A DNA stretch of 64,000 nucleotides, taken from contig NC_086109.1 of NCBI RefSeq assembly GCF_963921235.1, positions 124,001 through 188,000 on the forward strand. The letters run 5' to 3'. Positions 63,741-64,000 of this stretch are shown one piece after another (within the stretch, counting starts at the first letter, position 1; every line of letters begins with the position of its first letter). The notes under the pieces are model-generated. The model ran no database searches, was not told the origin of the DNA, and saw only the letters and a program-made list of their open reading frames with translations. The position numbers were made by a program, and so were the translations under genes. The stretch is from Mobula hypostoma (lineage: Eukaryota).

Positions 63741-64000
63741 CAGCGGCATGCAAAAGTTTGGGCATCCCTGGTCAAAATTTCTGTTACTGTGAATAGTTAA
63801 GTGAGTAGAAGATGAACTGATCTCCAAAAGTCATAAAGTTAAAGATGAAACATTCTTTTCAACATTTTAAGCAAGATTAGTGTATTATTTTTGTTTTGTA
63901 CAATTTTAGAGTGGAAAAAAAGGAAAGGAGCACCATGCAAAAGTTTGGGCACCCCAAGAGATTTGAGCTCTCAGATAACTTTTACCAAGGTCTCAGACCT
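63741..64000. mobile_element. Tc1/mariner DNA transposon end, IR/DR-type terminal inverted repeat (~215 bp), continuing beyond the window
   Basis: TA (63739-63740) then CAG. The direct repeat CATGCAAAAGTTTGGGCA occurs at 63747-63764 and 63934-63951 with an AT-rich spacer. Confidence 0.88.

Overview
Repeat-dominated vertebrate genomic DNA. The repeat families (CR1, Penelope, Rex1/Babar-like tails, Tc1) suggest a cartilaginous fish, possibly a ray; that assignment is inference. No intact host gene is recognisable, and the very long ORFs are stop-free readings of satellites. About 50 kb is tandem repeat: a degenerate ~35-bp C-rich minisatellite (0.7-6 kb), a 10.5-kb G-rich 26-bp minisatellite (11.3-21.7 kb), and a 35-kb CA/CT-derived satellite (28-63 kb) with 4.36-kb and 5.13-kb higher-order repeats and a 200-N gap. 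Between these lie four CR1 fragments, a CpG-island promoter with a ZNF143/Staf site (7.3-7.8 kb) and a Tc1 IR/DR end. The two most interesting elements are (1) a Penelope-like element with inverted terminal copies, one carrying an intact minimal type I hammerhead ribozyme, and (2) a decayed endogenous retrovirus (~22.4-27.6 kb). The provirus has class III (ERV-L/ERV-S-like) gag, integrase and PPT together with a gamma-type env (CWVC, ISD-like motif), and is interrupted by three LINE insertions.
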